DNA of 64,000 nt, from the IMG/VR virus record IMGVR_UViG_3300002064_000002; one strand, written 5' to 3'. Position numbers and translations under genes: made by a program. Numbering within the stretch: position 1 is the first letter of the stretch; every line of letters begins with the position of its first letter. Below, piece by piece: positions 31,535 through 40,824 of the stretch. The notes beneath the pieces are model-generated. The model was given only the letters and a program-made list of their open reading frames with translations. It ran no database searches and was not told the DNA's origin. The stretch comes from a virus.

Positions 31535-33612
31535 AAAAAAGGTGATCTTGTTCTTCTTCTACCCAATGCCGATCTTGACATAGTTCTACTATAATTTACG
31601 ACTTTTTTAACTTCTTTGCTTTTACTCTGTACTTTCAGTCCTCTATTGGTATTAGATTTAGCTGCTAAAAGGGTGAGGCCGAATGCATCGATCCTATCAT
31701 TATTACTCTTTGGCTTCCAGTCTAGCATTTCTCTAAGAAGCATTTTATCCTTGATTCTGGTTACTCCATAGATATCTTGACTCTTACCGGTCTTATCATC
31801 ATATCTCACATCGATTACTTCTGTGACATATTCTACTACCAAAGACAGGAGATACTTTTTCATCTCTATAGAGATGTAAAGTCCATAATCAGAATTAGTA
31901 TAAGCCTTAATAACCATATCCTTGGAAATAGGAGCATCGGACTTTCTCATGATATGGACCTGCTCCCTTTCCTTGATCATCCATTCAAGGAAGTTTCTAT
32001 TATTATTCTCAATGAGAGCTCTAGCATTGTAATACTTGATAAGTTCTCTAGTAACCCTGTAGGTCTCATAAGGATCTTCTCTTCTACCAGTGTACCAGGC
32101 CACTATCTTTTCTTCTGAATATTCTCCGTTTATCTCATGAGCTGCTTTATAGATATAAATCGATTGAAGAGAAACTGTAGTACTACCAGCTACTGGAGAT
32201 ACTGTATCCACTCCTGCATAATACAGACCAAATGGTGCATTAGGATGAGGCGCTTCATCAATAACTATACATCCATTCTTATTACTGGCTCTTTTAACTG
32301 GGTGTTCTTCCACTATAGGATACTTGGATCCTATCTTATGCATAAATCCATACTCTGCCTCATGTAATGTTACATCCATAGGCTTATAGTTATGGATCAC
32401 CCAGTCATAATGTGGTTGTATAATATGTACTGGAAAGTCATTCTCTTCTCTACTAGCAAATGCATCTTCTATAGTTCGAGGTCTCTGAGACTTATAAATC
32501 ATATAAGACTTATAACTCTTTTGTTTCTCCAGCTCTGCTAATTCTTCTATTCTATCAACAGCTGCTTGTAATAGTGAATTTCCATTCTCATCTATACACT
32601 TACCATAAGAATATTCTTCAGGAATAAAACCACAAGTCAGTCTATCATGTCCGGACCATACATTAGGAAACCCTAGCATATTGTTAGCCTCTGGGCTATC
32701 AGAGATATCTTTAAGAGGTTTACTCTGCTTCAAATTACCAACTGCTCCTGCTATATGTACATATCCAGTAATTTGATCTCCCCATTGAAGTGCTGGTCGA
32801 GCATATTCTAGTACTTGATCTAAGTTAGGGGCTACCCCGGCTTCTTCCAGGTATATCTCATCCACTTTACCAGATACTACTGCTGCCGGGTTGTTCTTAT
32901 ATGTAATTCCCTTAAGCTTGGAGAATAAACCACGTTTGGTACCGTCCTCCATCTCAATATACTCTATCCAATTCTTTCTCTGGCCAGAGTTGTTTCTAAA
33001 CCATCCAGTATGTGTATTCAAGTGATTGGCATTTTGATCTAGAATAGACCATGCCTCATTTACGTATTTCTCGTCCCAGGCAGCTACTCTCCCAGAAAAT
33101 CCCTTTTCAAACCAGTACCTCTTGAGAATCTTTGCAAGGAACTTAAGAGATACACCTATTTGTCTTTTCTTTACCCAGGTAGTAAATTTATCAGTAAGCT
33201 CTGCTAATTCTACAGACTGAAACATCCATATATCAGTATCAAAGATATATGGAAGCGTAACATCATTATCCTGCTTGATGGGAATGGGAATGAAGTTTAA
33301 ATAGAAATAATGATCACCAGTTATATAGTAATCATTATCAATCAGTACTCCTTCATAGCACCTTTTTTTCTCCCTCTCCCAGAAACTGATCCAATCTCTG
33401 GTGCCTTCTACTAAATCTATATAAAGACCGGTTTCTTGCCATTTCTTTCCCACAGCCTGAACTTGATGTATTCTACTATCAAGATCCTGGTCTCCAGGAA
33501 GTTTCTTTAATCTCTCTATTAGATCAACCCTTTCTTCTTTAGAAAACGGTATACTGGACCACTCTCCTGTTTTTGAATTGTAAGTTGTAAGGTTTTCTTT
33601 GAATTTATACAT
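31531..33612 (-). CDS. terL: Terminase large subunit
   Basis: Walker A-like VKKRQIGVS, Walker B IYLEEAG, nuclease AGVDTV and NDRIDAF. Confidence 0.9.
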   Translation of the reverse strand: MYKFKENLTTYNSKTGEWSSIPFSKEERVDLIERLKKLPGDQDLDSRIHQVQAVGKKWQETGLYIDLVEGTRDWISFWEREKKRCYEGVLIDNDYYITGDHYFYLNFIPIPIKQDNDVTLPYIFDTDIWMFQSVELAELTDKFTTWVKKRQIGVSLKFLAKILKRYWFEKGFSGRVAAWDEKYVNEAWSILDQNANHLNTHTGWFRNNSGQRKNWIEYIEMEDGTKRGLFSKLKGITYKNNPAAVVSGKVDEIYLEEAGVAPNLDQVLEYARPALQWGDQITGYVHIAGAVGNLKQSKPLKDISDSPEANNMLGFPNVWSGHDRLTCGFIPEEYSYGKCIDENGNSLLQAAVDRIEELAELEKQKSYKSYMIYKSQRPRTIEDAFASREENDFPVHIIQPHYDWVIHNYKPMDVTLHEAEYGFMHKIGSKYPIVEEHPVKRASNKNGCIVIDEAPHPNAPFGLYYAGVDTVSPVAGSTTVSLQSIYIYKAAHEINGEYSEEKIVAWYTGRREDPYETYRVTRELIKYYNARALIENNNRNFLEWMIKEREQVHIMRKSDAPISKDMVIKAYTNSDYGLYISIEMKKYLLSLVVEYVTEVIDVRYDDKTGKSQDIYGVTRIKDKMLLREMLDWKPKSNNDRIDAFGLTLLAAKSNTNRGLKVQSKSKEVKKVVNYSRTMSRSALGRRRTRSPFL

Positions 33613-33767
33613 TCCTCTAGTTCTTCTTTCAGTTGAAGATTAGTCTCTTCTAACTTGGCCACTCTGCTTATCAATTCTTTTATATGAAGATCGGTAGCTT
33701 TATCAATTAGTCCTTTAAAAGCTCCTTGTAGGTTGTTTTTGCCTTTATTGTTTAAATCAGATGTCAT
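33519..33767 (-). CDS. Small coiled-coil hypothetical protein
   Basis: In operon, overlapping the terminase 5' end. Confidence 0.4.
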   Translation of the reverse strand: MTSDLNNKGKNNLQGAFKGLIDKATDLHIKELISRVAKLEETNLQLKEELEECINSKKTLQLTIQKQESGPVYRFLKKKGLI

Positions 33768-34254
33768 ATCCTGTTTTTCCTTTACCTCTTGCTTTTTTCA
33801 GTTCTTCTTCTCTCTTCTTTTTCAGCTTTTCAAACTCATCCATTATCTTACCACACTTTTCCATCAAACCTCTAAAGTGAGTTATATTTCCTGTTTCTTT
33901 ACTATCATCTATCTGTGTAGTTTCTAAGTAAATGGACATTTTATCTATTGCAGTTTGGTTAGCTTTAAAGAACCTTTCAGTGGCAGATTCATAGAATGTA
34001 GTAGCTTTTCTTACTGCTTCTTCTAGCTCTGAATCAACTAACTTATATTCTCCAGGGAAGTCTTTATAAATAGTAGCATCTCTGGTTTGCTCCGGTTCAT
34101 TAAGATACGGTGAATGAGGATCTGTACTATAATACACAAAACACAAGGCAGGTAACGGATCCTCATACTTATCCATTAATGCCTTGAATTCTGGTATCAA
34201 TAATACATTCTCATTAATTACAACAACTTTATTTTTTATTTCAAATAACTTCAC
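33757..34254 (-). CDS. Conserved crAss-like protein upstream of the terminase (possible small terminase)
   Basis: LLIPEFKALM..LCFVYYSTDPHSPY pattern and position. Confidence 0.55.
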   Translation of the reverse strand: MKLFEIKNKVVVINENVLLIPEFKALMDKYEDPLPALCFVYYSTDPHSPYLNEPEQTRDATIYKDFPGEYKLVDSELEEAVRKATTFYESATERFFKANQTAIDKMSIYLETTQIDDSKETGNITHFRGLMEKCGKIMDEFEKLKKKREEELKKARGKGKTGYDI

Positions 34255-34365
34255 TTTCTAGGTATCTTAATTTTCATATCAGGAGTAGCTGGCCCAGCTT
34301 GTACTATCTTTTTCAGTCTCTTTAAGTATTCTTTTTTTGTCTCTTTATATTTCTTCTTACTCAAA

Positions 34366-34806
34366 TTATAAAGTTACGTTTGTTAGATTATTTAGGTCAG
34401 AAATACCATTGTACTTTACAGGTTCAGTAAAATCATTAGCTTCCATAGTCCAAGTTTCTAGATTAGTAGTCCATGCTAGTGAACCAGTACTCCATTGATG
34501 TCCCATCTCTGCTGTACTCCATTCCAAGTAATCTTCTCCTAGAACTTGCTCTAGTTTATTGATTACATCTTTGAAAGGTATACTTTCTGTATTCACAAAG
34601 TGAAATGTCTTACTTGCAAAATCTAATGTTAATTTCATATCTTCTTTTTGTATACCCCATAAATAGTAACCATACTCTAATATTCTAAAATCATTTACTT
34701 GTATTCTTGACTTCATCTTCAAGTGAAAGCTTATGATATCAGCTAAAGTCTTTATGTTTTCATCTCTAGTAGTACCAAATCCATTTCCAAAAGTATAATG
34801 AATCAT
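34366..34806 (-). CDS. Hypothetical protein
   Basis: Coupled ORF in operon. Confidence 0.5.
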   Translation of the reverse strand: MIHYTFGNGFGTTRDENIKTLADIISFHLKMKSRIQVNDFRILEYGYYLWGIQKEDMKLTLDFASKTFHFVNTESIPFKDVINKLEQVLGEDYLEWSTAEMGHQWSTGSLAWTTNLETWTMEANDFTEPVKYNGISDLNNLTNVTL

Positions 34807-35609
34807 CGATTACTCATTCTATAATGATCAAATATTGCTTTCACTTCTGTTCTCAAATAAGGAACTTGAATAGGATTTACATGATCTACTATACCATTTT
34901 CTCTGTCTGAAAAAATAACATGCTCTATAATAAGCTCTACTGGAGGAAAGCCATACATTTCTAAAATGTATCCATATCCGGATAGCTGTAGAGCATATTC
35001 ATTGTAATTAAGAGTAGCCAAGTGACTGATAGGAGGGAGAAAACGTTCTACTACTTTACGACCTAAAGCCTTCTTAAAGTAAGCTTTCTCCTCCATATCA
35101 ATAGTGGCTGAAGTTTTATAGTCAATAATCCTACACTTGCCTCCTTTAGTAATCTCTACTTGATCTGCTTGTCCTGCTATTTTATGCTTATGGCTGTAAC
35201 ACATAAGCTCAGGATATATTCCTGGAGTAAGGGTACTTAAGTCTATTGCTTTTTTCTTATCATTCACCACTTTATTAGAAGTAGCTCCTTGTGCTATCAA
35301 CTGATCTTCTCTCCAATCATGGTATTTACTACCAGTGGCAAGAGCTCTCTGACTTTTTTCTTTCCATACTGATCGGATCCATTTAGCTGTCATTGGAGGA
35401 TTGGCCCATTTTTCTTGAGCTTTCTCCAGTGGCATTTTCCATTTTTTAGCTAGATCTGCTATAACTTCTTCTGGAGTTCTCTTATCCAAATAGGCTTGAG
35501 CAATTGCATTCCAATCTTTTGGCTGATGGAATTGCTTCAGTAGAGTAGTCATACTGATGTACTGCTCATCCTTATGCGTATAAATATGTGTAGAATCTAC
35601 GTACTCCAT
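34803..35609 (-). CDS. PD-(D/E)xK nuclease (Cas4-like fold, no Fe-S Cys set seen)
   Basis: IAGQADQV..IIDYKTS..YALQLSGY. Confidence 0.8.
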   Translation of the reverse strand: MEYVDSTHIYTHKDEQYISMTTLLKQFHQPKDWNAIAQAYLDKRTPEEVIADLAKKWKMPLEKAQEKWANPPMTAKWIRSVWKEKSQRALATGSKYHDWREDQLIAQGATSNKVVNDKKKAIDLSTLTPGIYPELMCYSHKHKIAGQADQVEITKGGKCRIIDYKTSATIDMEEKAYFKKALGRKVVERFLPPISHLATLNYNEYALQLSGYGYILEMYGFPPVELIIEHVIFSDRENGIVDHVNPIQVPYLRTEVKAIFDHYRMSNR

Positions 35610-35926
35610 TACTCGAATACTTCTACATTAAAATAAAGAGCGAATGATTTATCTACTGCAGTTGCTTCCTTATCCTTCTTAGCAAATACAGCTACTTTCT
35701 TTCTGTACTTCTTTGCAGCTGGTCTCTTAGTTAAATTACCAGATAATACAAAGTTGCTCTTAGGAGCTACCTCTACATCTTTTTCCATAACTGAGCAACC
35801 ACATGTAGGTTGTACAGTAAGATACACAGTATGGTCTGTCTCATTAACTCCTTTAAATTGGTAAGGTATAAGCGCTGCGTTTTTTACTTTACCAAGATCA
35901 ATATCTTCTGATTCAAATTTTATCAT
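35609..35926 (-). CDS. DUF1573-like Ig domain protein
   Basis: DLGKV..YQFKGVN..VQPTCGCS motif. Confidence 0.7.
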   Translation of the reverse strand: MIKFESEDIDLGKVKNAALIPYQFKGVNETDHTVYLTVQPTCGCSVMEKDVEVAPKSNFVLSGNLTKRPAAKKYRKKVAVFAKKDKEATAVDKSFALYFNVEVFE

Positions 35927-36333
35927 AATCCTATTCCTGTAAATTTTTTAAATGTATCTTCATTCATCCATTTTGGATAGCAACCTAATTCACATGCTTC
36001 ATCTTCATATAGCTTCTCTGGAAAATCACAAAAGCAATGCTTACAATAGCCTTTCTCTAAGCACTCTGGAGATTTTTCTAATATCTGAGTAGTTCTCCAT
36101 TCTGCTTGTGCTTTCTTAAATTCTATTTCTTTTCTTTTTTCAAAAGGCAACTCTTCTAGATAAACATCTATAGCACCATTAACTTGTTCAGATAAGATCT
36201 CTGATCGATCTAAAATATCTTTATGTTTATTTACTTCCTTAATCCTCTGCTTAGCAGTAAAGTAATTCTTTATGCTAGACCACGTCAGCTTCTTCCCTTT
36301 CCCTTGTAACTTTGCCTTTATCCAATGGATCAT
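35923..36333 (-). CDS. Protein with a C-terminal Cys cluster (putative Zn finger)
   Basis: CLEKGYCKHCFCD..ACELGCYP. Confidence 0.55.
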   Translation of the reverse strand: MIHWIKAKLQGKGKKLTWSSIKNYFTAKQRIKEVNKHKDILDRSEILSEQVNGAIDVYLEELPFEKRKEIEFKKAQAEWRTTQILEKSPECLEKGYCKHCFCDFPEKLYEDEACELGCYPKWMNEDTFKKFTGIGL

Positions 36334-36667
36334 CCCTTAACAATTTAAATTCAATAGTAAAACTGATATCATCCAATATAGGTTTTATATGTGGATGTAA
36401 TTTAGTCTTTTTTCCAGTACCATGTACTAACCCATCCTTTCTGAATCCTGTAATCATATTACTGACAGAATTTCTGTTTTTAAGAGGTAATCTACCTTCC
36501 TTAAGAGATACATCGATTGCTTTATGCCTATACAGAAAGATATATGCTAGGAGCATTAGCTCTGTATCATTCAAAACTTTAGGTCTAAGTATATACCTTA
36601 ATTGAAATGCAATTAGATCAACTTTGCTTAACAGTTCGCATTTCGGATGTCTGATTGTCTTCATCAT
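36275..36667 (-). CDS. Putative winged-HTH protein
   Basis: LNDTELMLLAYI..SVSNMITGFRKDGLV. Confidence 0.45.
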   Translation of the reverse strand: MMKTIRHPKCELLSKVDLIAFQLRYILRPKVLNDTELMLLAYIFLYRHKAIDVSLKEGRLPLKNRNSVSNMITGFRKDGLVHGTGKKTKLHPHIKPILDDISFTIEFKLLRDDPLDKGKVTREREEADVV

Positions 36668-36698
36668 AAATATAATTTAATAATAATTATTATTTAAG

Positions 36699-37001
36699 TC
36701 AAGTCTTTTTAGGTCTTTTTAGCTTTCTTAACTTTTGTATGGTAACATCTAGTTTACCTCCTTCCTTCAATCTAGTCATTCGTTTAGCCTTAGCTTCTGC
36801 CCTGTATAGAAAAGTAAGTAGTGCTTGTTCTCTTATCTTCATCTTCCCTAAAAAGAAAAAATCATATTCTCTATGAGAAAGTTGCCTAAGTTCATTAAGA
36901 AGATTTTCTGAATAAAGCTGTACATTCTGCTCTACATACTCTGGCTCTAGATTCATTTCCTTAGCTACTCTACTGGCTATCTCTTTCCAATCTGATATCA
37001 T
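36699..37001 (-). CDS. HU/IHF-like protein
   Basis: EIASRVAKEMNLE..FLGKMKIR. Confidence 0.45.
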   Translation of the reverse strand: MISDWKEIASRVAKEMNLEPEYVEQNVQLYSENLLNELRQLSHREYDFFFLGKMKIREQALLTFLYRAEAKAKRMTRLKEGGKLDVTIQKLRKLKRPKKT

Positions 37002-37003
37002 TA

Positions 37004-37399
37004 CTATTCTGTTATTATAGTGAGCTCCTGAGAGTTTAATTGCTTCTCATGTAGAAAAGCAAACCATTCCAGTTCTTTCTCTGACAGTAACATCTCTATT
37101 TCCTTCTTAGTAGTATCATGTTCGTCTGTAAAAGTGAGAACTAATTTTTTTTGCAAATGCTGGTATAGAAAAGACTCTAAGTCTTCTTTACTCCATGGTA
37201 CAAGTACTTCTCCTACTGATCTCCACATAGCCAAAGTGTACCCATTTTTATAAACATATTCGTTAAAACAGACCAAGTCATCTAGACTTACTGCCATTGG
37301 TATTACTTTCCTGCCACTTTCTTCAAACTCCATTTCACCTGTAATAACATCAGGCTTTTGCTTACCCATAATCTTAACCGTTGGTATGTCCACTATCAT
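37004..37399 (-). CDS. Hypothetical protein
   Basis: Coupled ORF in operon. Confidence 0.5.
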   Translation of the reverse strand: MIVDIPTVKIMGKQKPDVITGEMEFEESGRKVIPMAVSLDDLVCFNEYVYKNGYTLAMWRSVGEVLVPWSKEDLESFLYQHLQKKLVLTFTDEHDTTKKEIEMLLSEKELEWFAFLHEKQLNSQELTIITE

Positions 37400-37583
37400 C
37401 TTTAAAATTTACTTGTTCTTGTAATGCATTACTTGGAGCTACTATTACCATCAGGTCTACTCCTATCAAATCGTCAAAATCTGCCATCTTAGCATGTTCT
37501 CCAAGATCTACTTCTATTCTAATAGATCTATCGGCCATGAGCTTTGGTCGTACTAATATTGCTCCACTTGTTACGTTTATCAT
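37374..37583 (-). CDS. Hypothetical protein
   Basis: Small beta-rich ORF in operon. Confidence 0.45.
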   Translation of the reverse strand: MINVTSGAILVRPKLMADRSIRIEVDLGEHAKMADFDDLIGVDLMVIVAPSNALQEQVNFKDDSGHTNG

Positions 37584-37733
37584 ATTTTCTATTTTAATAT
37601 TGTCCCCACATAATTATTTCTTCTCTCTTATAGAGAATTACATTCCATAAATTATATCTTTCCTTGAATTCTCTTAGTGTACCTGGGTAGTAAAAGGTTA
37701 AGGGGCTGTCATCTGTTCCCATTTTTATCTGTG

Positions 37734-37982
37734 TCATATCAGTACCAGTCCATATTGTTTCTCAATCGCTTCTATTCTCACAGCAGCTACTTTGCGTCCT
37801 ACATTCATTATTCTCTTATATCTCTTATTCATTACTTTTCTCCATTGCTGTCTATTCTCTTCTGACCATGCCAAATACTTCTTTCCGTCTTTCTCTATCT
37901 CTATAGAATATTCCATAATATTATGAAGTGCAGCTTGCATAACTCTTTCCTGCATATGCTTATTCTCCTCTCTGTTCGTCAT
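37734..37982 (-). CDS. Hypothetical protein
   Basis: Coupled ORF. Confidence 0.45.
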   Translation of the reverse strand: MTNREENKHMQERVMQAALHNIMEYSIEIEKDGKKYLAWSEENRQQWRKVMNKRYKRIMNVGRKVAAVRIEAIEKQYGLVLI

Positions 37983-38355
37983 TGTTGATTAAATTATTAT
38001 AAATCTGTTCTGCTATATATCCAGTCAAATATGTGAAAGCTTCTTCTGTATACTCATTAAAGTAAATATCTACTGCATTATTTATAGTGACTGCAGCATG
38101 TAAGCTCTCATGTACTACTGTATTAATATTAAAGTGCTCTTTCTTAATTATCATATGAGCCACCCTGTGCCCATCATCATCTGAATATAAAGAAAAAGAC
38201 AGCGCTTGAAAAGAATCTAATGGATCTTTATCCTTTAATCCATTCTTTTCATATGACAAATTCAAGGTAGCTAATAAATCTTTCTCTGTAGTAGGAACAT
38301 AGACATTAAGTCTTATTTCATATACTGGAAAATGTAATACTAGATTTGGTGCCAT
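37960..38355 (-). CDS. HExxH zincin-like metallopeptidase
   Basis: NTVVHESLHAA followed by EEAFTYLTGYI. Confidence 0.6.
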   Translation of the reverse strand: MAPNLVLHFPVYEIRLNVYVPTTEKDLLATLNLSYEKNGLKDKDPLDSFQALSFSLYSDDDGHRVAHMIIKKEHFNINTVVHESLHAAVTINNAVDIYFNEYTEEAFTYLTGYIAEQIYNNLINNDEQRGE

Positions 38356-38382
38356 GTGATCAAGATAATAATTATTATTAAC

Positions 38383-38416
38383 AAAAGAAACCTCACCATA
38401 ACTAAATGACGAGGTT
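38383..38416 (-). terminator. Intrinsic terminator
   Basis: Minus strand AACCTCGTCAT-TTAGTT-ATGGTGAGGTT followed by TCTTTTGTT. Confidence 0.6.
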
Positions 38417-38447
38417 AATGAACATTTTCTGAAGCCTATTCAGTTCT

Positions 38448-38720
38448 TTATTTTCTTTTTAATGCTAAGAAAGTTCCTATCAATCCTCCTACTAAGGAGC
38501 AGAGTACTATAGGTATATACTCAAACTTGAAGTTAGTAAGTATCTCATTCATACTGATAGCTCCTATAGCTATTGATATCAGCCAAGTAATATGCACTAC
38601 AGCTCCAGTTAGTAGTGCTCCTTTGATATCATTATTTGATATGCATTTTACATTCAAAGTTCTAAAACCTATAAATACAAGCTGTGTAATAAATATAATT
38701 ATTGAGTAATATAAAATCAT
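38448..38720 (-). CDS. Small membrane protein with three hydrophobic segments
   Basis: Three hydrophobic stretches in 90 aa. Confidence 0.55.
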   Translation of the reverse strand: MILYYSIIIFITQLVFIGFRTLNVKCISNNDIKGALLTGAVVHITWLISIAIGAISMNEILTNFKFEYIPIVLCSLVGGLIGTFLALKRK

Positions 38721-39232
38721 AGTAATAATCTACTTAGTTGTTTTACTTTGGTTACTAACTCTAATTCTGTTCCATTATTATCTAAGATGATATCTGCCAT
38801 ACCTTTATTCAATTTCATGCTAGAAATATCCTCCGGAGGTACTCTCTGCGAAGCATCTACCCAAATACAAATATCATAAAGCTGATAAGCCTTAGCATAT
38901 CTGAACTCATTATCATCCCTTAAACCATTGTAGATATCATAATCTCTGAATATCTCTCTGGCCAATCTAGTAGGGTCATTACTGTTATAATTAGAAATTG
39001 TATTGTACCAAAACGCTCTTCTTTCTCTCCTACCAAAATAAATAGCTTCTAGGTCTGGGTTAGGCTCATTGGCTCCATAATAATTGAACACCAATTCTTC
39101 CTGGATTTCTGGTACTTCAAATAAAGCATACCTACTAGATGAGGTATTCTTCAATCCAATCATACTTTCTAGCATATTAGCTACTGTATCTTTTCCAGAA
39201 CGAGCGTGGGATATAAGTAAAACTTTCTTCAT
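38717..39232 (-). CDS. P-loop dNMP kinase-like protein
   Basis: LISHARSGKDTVA, GLRDDNEF and ADIILDNNGT. Confidence 0.65.
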   Translation of the reverse strand: MKKVLLISHARSGKDTVANMLESMIGLKNTSSSRYALFEVPEIQEELVFNYYGANEPNPDLEAIYFGRRERRAFWYNTISNYNSNDPTRLAREIFRDYDIYNGLRDDNEFRYAKAYQLYDICIWVDASQRVPPEDISSMKLNKGMADIILDNNGTELELVTKVKQLSRLLL

Positions 39233-39630
39233 ATAGCGTTATCCTTGTCTTCAAATAAAGGAATGCAGTTAGTTAGTACTTTAAGTAAGTCTTCTACTCT
39301 TAGGCCATGTCCATCATAAAATAAATAAATACGTTTCAGTAATTCCATATAAGTAGGAATATAACCATACCTATTATCCCCATTACTTACTTTACCAGAA
39401 AAAGATAGTTGGTTAAGTCTTTGTAGTAATCTTTCATCTATTACGTTTCCTTTATATTCTTTTTCCTTATTTACCAGAATCTCTATTTGCTCATCTAACT
39501 CCGATAACCTCTTCTCTATTCTAGCTGTAGTTTTTTCTAATTCTACTTTAGCTTCGTGTAATATGAGCTGGTGGTCGGCTCTCTCTGCTAAAAGATCCTC
39601 TTTACTAATTTTTCCTTTTATAATATTCAT
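39229..39630 (-). CDS. Hypothetical coiled-coil protein
   Basis: Coupled ORF. Confidence 0.45.
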   Translation of the reverse strand: MNIIKGKISKEDLLAERADHQLILHEAKVELEKTTARIEKRLSELDEQIEILVNKEKEYKGNVIDERLLQRLNQLSFSGKVSNGDNRYGYIPTYMELLKRIYLFYDGHGLRVEDLLKVLTNCIPLFEDKDNAI

Positions 39631-39654
39631 ATCTGTATTTTTACCAAAAATAAT

Positions 39655-39684
39655 AAAAAAACCCCACTGTTGCAGCAGTGAGGT
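39655..39684 (-). terminator. Intrinsic terminator
   Basis: Minus strand ACCTCACTG-CTGCAA-CAGTGGGGT followed by TTTTTT. Confidence 0.65.
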
Positions 39685-39715
39685 GTAAATAACTCGATTA
39701 TAAAATGAAAATTCT

Positions 39716-39928
39716 TTATGTATACATTGTCTTTATAGTATTTGTAAATGTCTTCAATATAGTTACTAAATCTTTAACATTAAAATTCTGAAAATCAATC
39801 TCTTTCTTTAATCCATCGATTAACTCATAAGGTCTAGACTCTTTAGTCTTAGGATTACCTCCAGAACCTAAAACTACCTTTTTATCTTTCACAAGTTTCT
39901 CTACCACTAGATTAGCTAATTCTTTCAT
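39716..39928 (-). CDS. Hypothetical protein
   Basis: 70 aa ORF between a promoter-like site and a terminator. Confidence 0.45.
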   Translation of the reverse strand: MKELANLVVEKLVKDKKVVLGSGGNPKTKESRPYELIDGLKKEIDFQNFNVKDLVTILKTFTNTIKTMYT

Positions 39929-39960
39929 ACTAATTTGACTTAATAATATTCTGCATAACG

Positions 39961-39990
39961 TAAAGGTAATAAAAATAAGATCCTACCAAA
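39961..39990 (-). promoter_or_regulatory. Possible Bacteroidota sigma-A-type promoter overlapped by an inverted repeat
   Basis: Minus strand TTTG-N18-TACCTTTA against the consensus TTTG-N19/21-TAnnTTTG; AAGATCCTA/TAGGATCTT inverted repeat overlaps it. Confidence 0.3.
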
Positions 39991-40064
39991 TTGATAGGAT
40001 CTTAAACTTGTTAAATTTGCCGAGGCATCTTTTTTGTACAAAGTACTCTGCAATATACTACTTT

Positions 40065-40337
40065 TTATAAATCTAGCAAATTATATGGATCTAAATACCA
40101 AAACATCTCAAACATATTATCTTCATCGATTATATGCCATAATGCTAATAAGTTCTTGTGCATTAGTTTCTTAGAGTCTGGAGAAAACATTGGATTATCA
40201 TCCTTGTTGATCAATCTCTTACCTTCTATGAACTCACTCTTTTTATACAGATCCTGCAATAGTTTTAATTCATGCCTAGAGATTTTAATCGATTTCTTAG
40301 GAGTATCAGTGAACATTTGCATAATAGGTACCATCAA
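40065..40337 (-). CDS. Hypothetical protein
   Basis: Coupled to the RepL-like gene. Confidence 0.4.
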   Translation of the reverse strand: MMVPIMQMFTDTPKKSIKISRHELKLLQDLYKKSEFIEGKRLINKDDNPMFSPDSKKLMHKNLLALWHIIDEDNMFEMFWYLDPYNLLDL

Positions 40338-40824
40338 ATAAAGTCTTCACATCTTGCCTAATGACATTGCCATTAAATGCTAAATAAGGATTAAAGACCC
40401 AGTATTTAGTATGCACTTCGTTTTTATTGTAAACTTCGAACTTAGCTATAACTCCCAACTTGAATAATTTATCCACAAATTTCATTATAGTATTCCTATT
40501 CTGACCAAGATACTCTGCTATGAAAGAAATAGTACTCTCCGGATGTAAAGGTCTTAGACTATTTGTATAAGCTTCTGCTTGTACTGCCATCTTAAAAGCT
40601 ACAGCTAGTTCTTTATCACTTACTTGTGTTTTAAGTAAATTCCAAGCTTTAGTGTTTATTCTAGTAAATGATTCCATCAGATCAAATTTTATCATTCCAT
40701 TATTTCTCTTCTTCCTAGAAGATGAAGTATTAATCTCCCTTACTTCTCCAGTTCTCTGATTGACTGCCATTAAAGTTTCATCGTGATCCACTCCTACTGT
40801 AGTATCATAATCCTTCTTGCGCAT
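40306..40824 (-). CDS. RepL-like replication/HTH protein
   Basis: IAEYLGQNRNTIMKFVDKLFKLGVI..YWVFNPYLAFNG. Confidence 0.65.
   Translation of the reverse strand: MRKKDYDTTVGVDHDETLMAVNQRTGEVREINTSSSRKKRNNGMIKFDLMESFTRINTKAWNLLKTQVSDKELAVAFKMAVQAEAYTNSLRPLHPESTISFIAEYLGQNRNTIMKFVDKLFKLGVIAKFEVYNKNEVHTKYWVFNPYLAFNGNVIRQDVKTLFDGTYYANVH

Noticed and set aside
216-37865. Many 60-150 aa plus-strand ORFs in the track within the structural arm, and short minus-strand ORFs in the early arm
   Set aside because: They are antisense shadows of long genuine genes and have Ser/Leu/Phe-rich composition typical of reverse frames
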